A stretch of 64,000 nt of DNA from Planktothrix sp. GU0601_MAG3 (lineage in GTDB: Bacteria; Cyanobacteriota; Cyanobacteriia; Cyanobacteriales; Microcoleaceae). The first letter of the stretch is position 1. Each line of letters starts with the position of its first letter. The notes under the pieces were generated by a model that searched no databases, was not told the DNA's origin, and saw only the letters and a program-made list of their open reading frames with translations. A program made the position numbers and the translations under genes. The stretch is taken from positions 3,860,578 through 3,924,577 of the forward strand of contig CP136572.1 of the NCBI GenBank assembly GCA_035193785.1. The letters are read 5' to 3'. Of this stretch, positions 62,671 through 64,000 are shown one piece after another.

Positions 62671-64000
62671 TTAATAGTTTAATAATTGAGCGACAACAGA
62701 AGGCATCGGAAGTATTATTAATAATAATAATCCCAAGGTTGATAACCCGATAATATCTCGAATATTATTGAGTTCACTGACATCATTTAAGGCGGGTTCA
62801 TCCTGTAGGGGAAAAAAGAATAATAATAGGGCTAAAATCAAAAATTCACTGTGAATTAATGCTAAAATTAAGATTAATAATCGTGCTACCTGACCGATAA
62901 TCATACCAGTTTTTTTACCAAACATAGCATGAACAATATGACCGCCATCTAGTTGTCCGATGGGGATCAAATTAAATGCTGTTATAATCAATCCTAAATA
63001 TCCCGCGATCGCCACCGGATGTAAATGGATAGCCTGTTCAGCAGTTAACGCAGCACCTAATATTAACTTACTCAATAACGTTAGTAAAAATGAAAAACCA
63101 GGATTCAAGGATTCAAAATTTAAAAATCCCGAAATTTTGGGATCAAAGGGAACAACCGTTGACTGACTCAACCCCCAAATTAATAGCGGTAAGCTAATGA
63201 TAAATCCAGCTAAAACTCTAACAATACTAATATCAAATAATGCTCGACGATGGGGAAAAGGCGATCGCATCTGAATAAAAGCACCCAAAGTTCCCAACCA
63301 AAAAGGAATCGGGATAAAATAGGGTAAAGTCGCCCGCATTTGATACCAACGAACTGCTAAATAATGGGCAGACTCATAAATTGCTAAAATTCCCATTAAA
63401 GCCATACTATAGGGTAGTCCTGCCAATAATAAACCGGGGTTATCTTGCCAAGCATCCAGGGGAACATTTGCCATTTCGACACCCGCCGCCGTGGTGGTAA
63501 ATAGGGTAATGAAAAATAAACAGAAAGCTAAAATAGGACGGGTTAAGGGTTCAGATTGAGGGAGATTATCAGCCCTTTCTTGATAGGGATTGGGGACTAA
63601 AGCAAAGAACGGTTTATCTTGTAGATCCTGTTGAAATATAATTAAAAAGCGATCGCTAAATTCAGCCTGAATATTATCTCGAATCGTTTGATAAGCTAGA
63701 TCAGAATTAGACCGTAACTGACCCCGACAAATCACCGCTTGTAAGCGATATTCAATATTATGTAAGGGAAAGACTGTCCAGGGAAAACAACTGCGAAGAA
63801 TGTCTTCTTCCTGTTGATCCAAAGGGCGCGGTAAACTGGGTTTTTCCGGGGAGAGAATTGGGTTTGTTGGAGTAGCAATATCTAATTCCGGTGATGGCGG
63901 AGGAATCCGCCCCCACTGTACCAAAAACCAATATAAACAGGGACAAACAATAAAGGGAATAATCACTAACCCGGCGGGAATCGGTTTTTGATCGTAGATC
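62671..64000 (-). CDS. Site-2 protease (M50) family membrane protein, 5'-partial
   Basis: TLPYFIP, GTLGAFI and NLIPIGQLDGGHI. The HExxH position reads YESAH. The frame is open to the window edge. Confidence 0.88.
   Translation of the reverse strand, partial: IYDQKPIPAGLVIIPFIVCPCLYWFLVQWGRIPPPSPELDIATPTNPILSPEKPSLPRPLDQQEEDILRSCFPWTVFPLHNIEYRLQAVICRGQLRSNSDLAYQTIRDNIQAEFSDRFLIIFQQDLQDKPFFALVPNPYQERADNLPQSEPLTRPILAFCLFFITLFTTTAAGVEMANVPLDAWQDNPGLLLAGLPYSMALMGILAIYESAHYLAVRWYQMRATLPYFIPIPFWLGTLGAFIQMRSPFPHRRALFDISIVRVLAGFIISLPLLIWGLSQSTVVPFDPKISGFLNFESLNPGFSFLLTLLSKLILGAALTAEQAIHLHPVAIAGYLGLIITAFNLIPIGQLDGGHIVHAMFGKKTGMIIGQVARLLILILALIHSEFLILALLLFFFPLQDEPALNDVSELNNIRDIIGLSTLGLLLLIILPMPSVVAQLLNY

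Overview
A 64 kb chromosomal segment from a filamentous cyanobacterium. Planktothrix-like Oscillatoriales is inferred from frequent HIP1 GCGATCGC sites, 7-mer STRR arrays and gene content. Most genes are housekeeping or metabolic: intein-containing UDP-glucuronate decarboxylase, ugd, frmA, aat, cobO, recQ, a Get3/ArsA ATPase, ndhM, cynS, a cobalamin riboswitch-hupE-cobW unit, a URC1/URC4 pair, purN, ilvE, petJ, hrcA and prk. Accessory elements include a stand-alone Septu-type AAA+HNH pair, toxin-antitoxin modules and REP-like palindromes. Two observations stand out. (1) 24 reading-frame breaks plus one repeat-copy difference are all single-base insertions turning GAAC/GTTC into GAAAC/GTTTC. 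This looks like a motif-specific sequencing error, and the motif is that of Dnd-type DNA phosphorothioation. (2) An XRE repressor and an ImmA/IrrE metallopeptidase are transcribed divergently from a five-gene operon of unknown proteins (possible ssDNA-binding protein, Zn-finger coiled coil, two paralogous long coiled-coil proteins), with a clear sigma70 promoter overlapped by an inverted repeat. All family assignments come from motif recognition by eye; no database searches were run.
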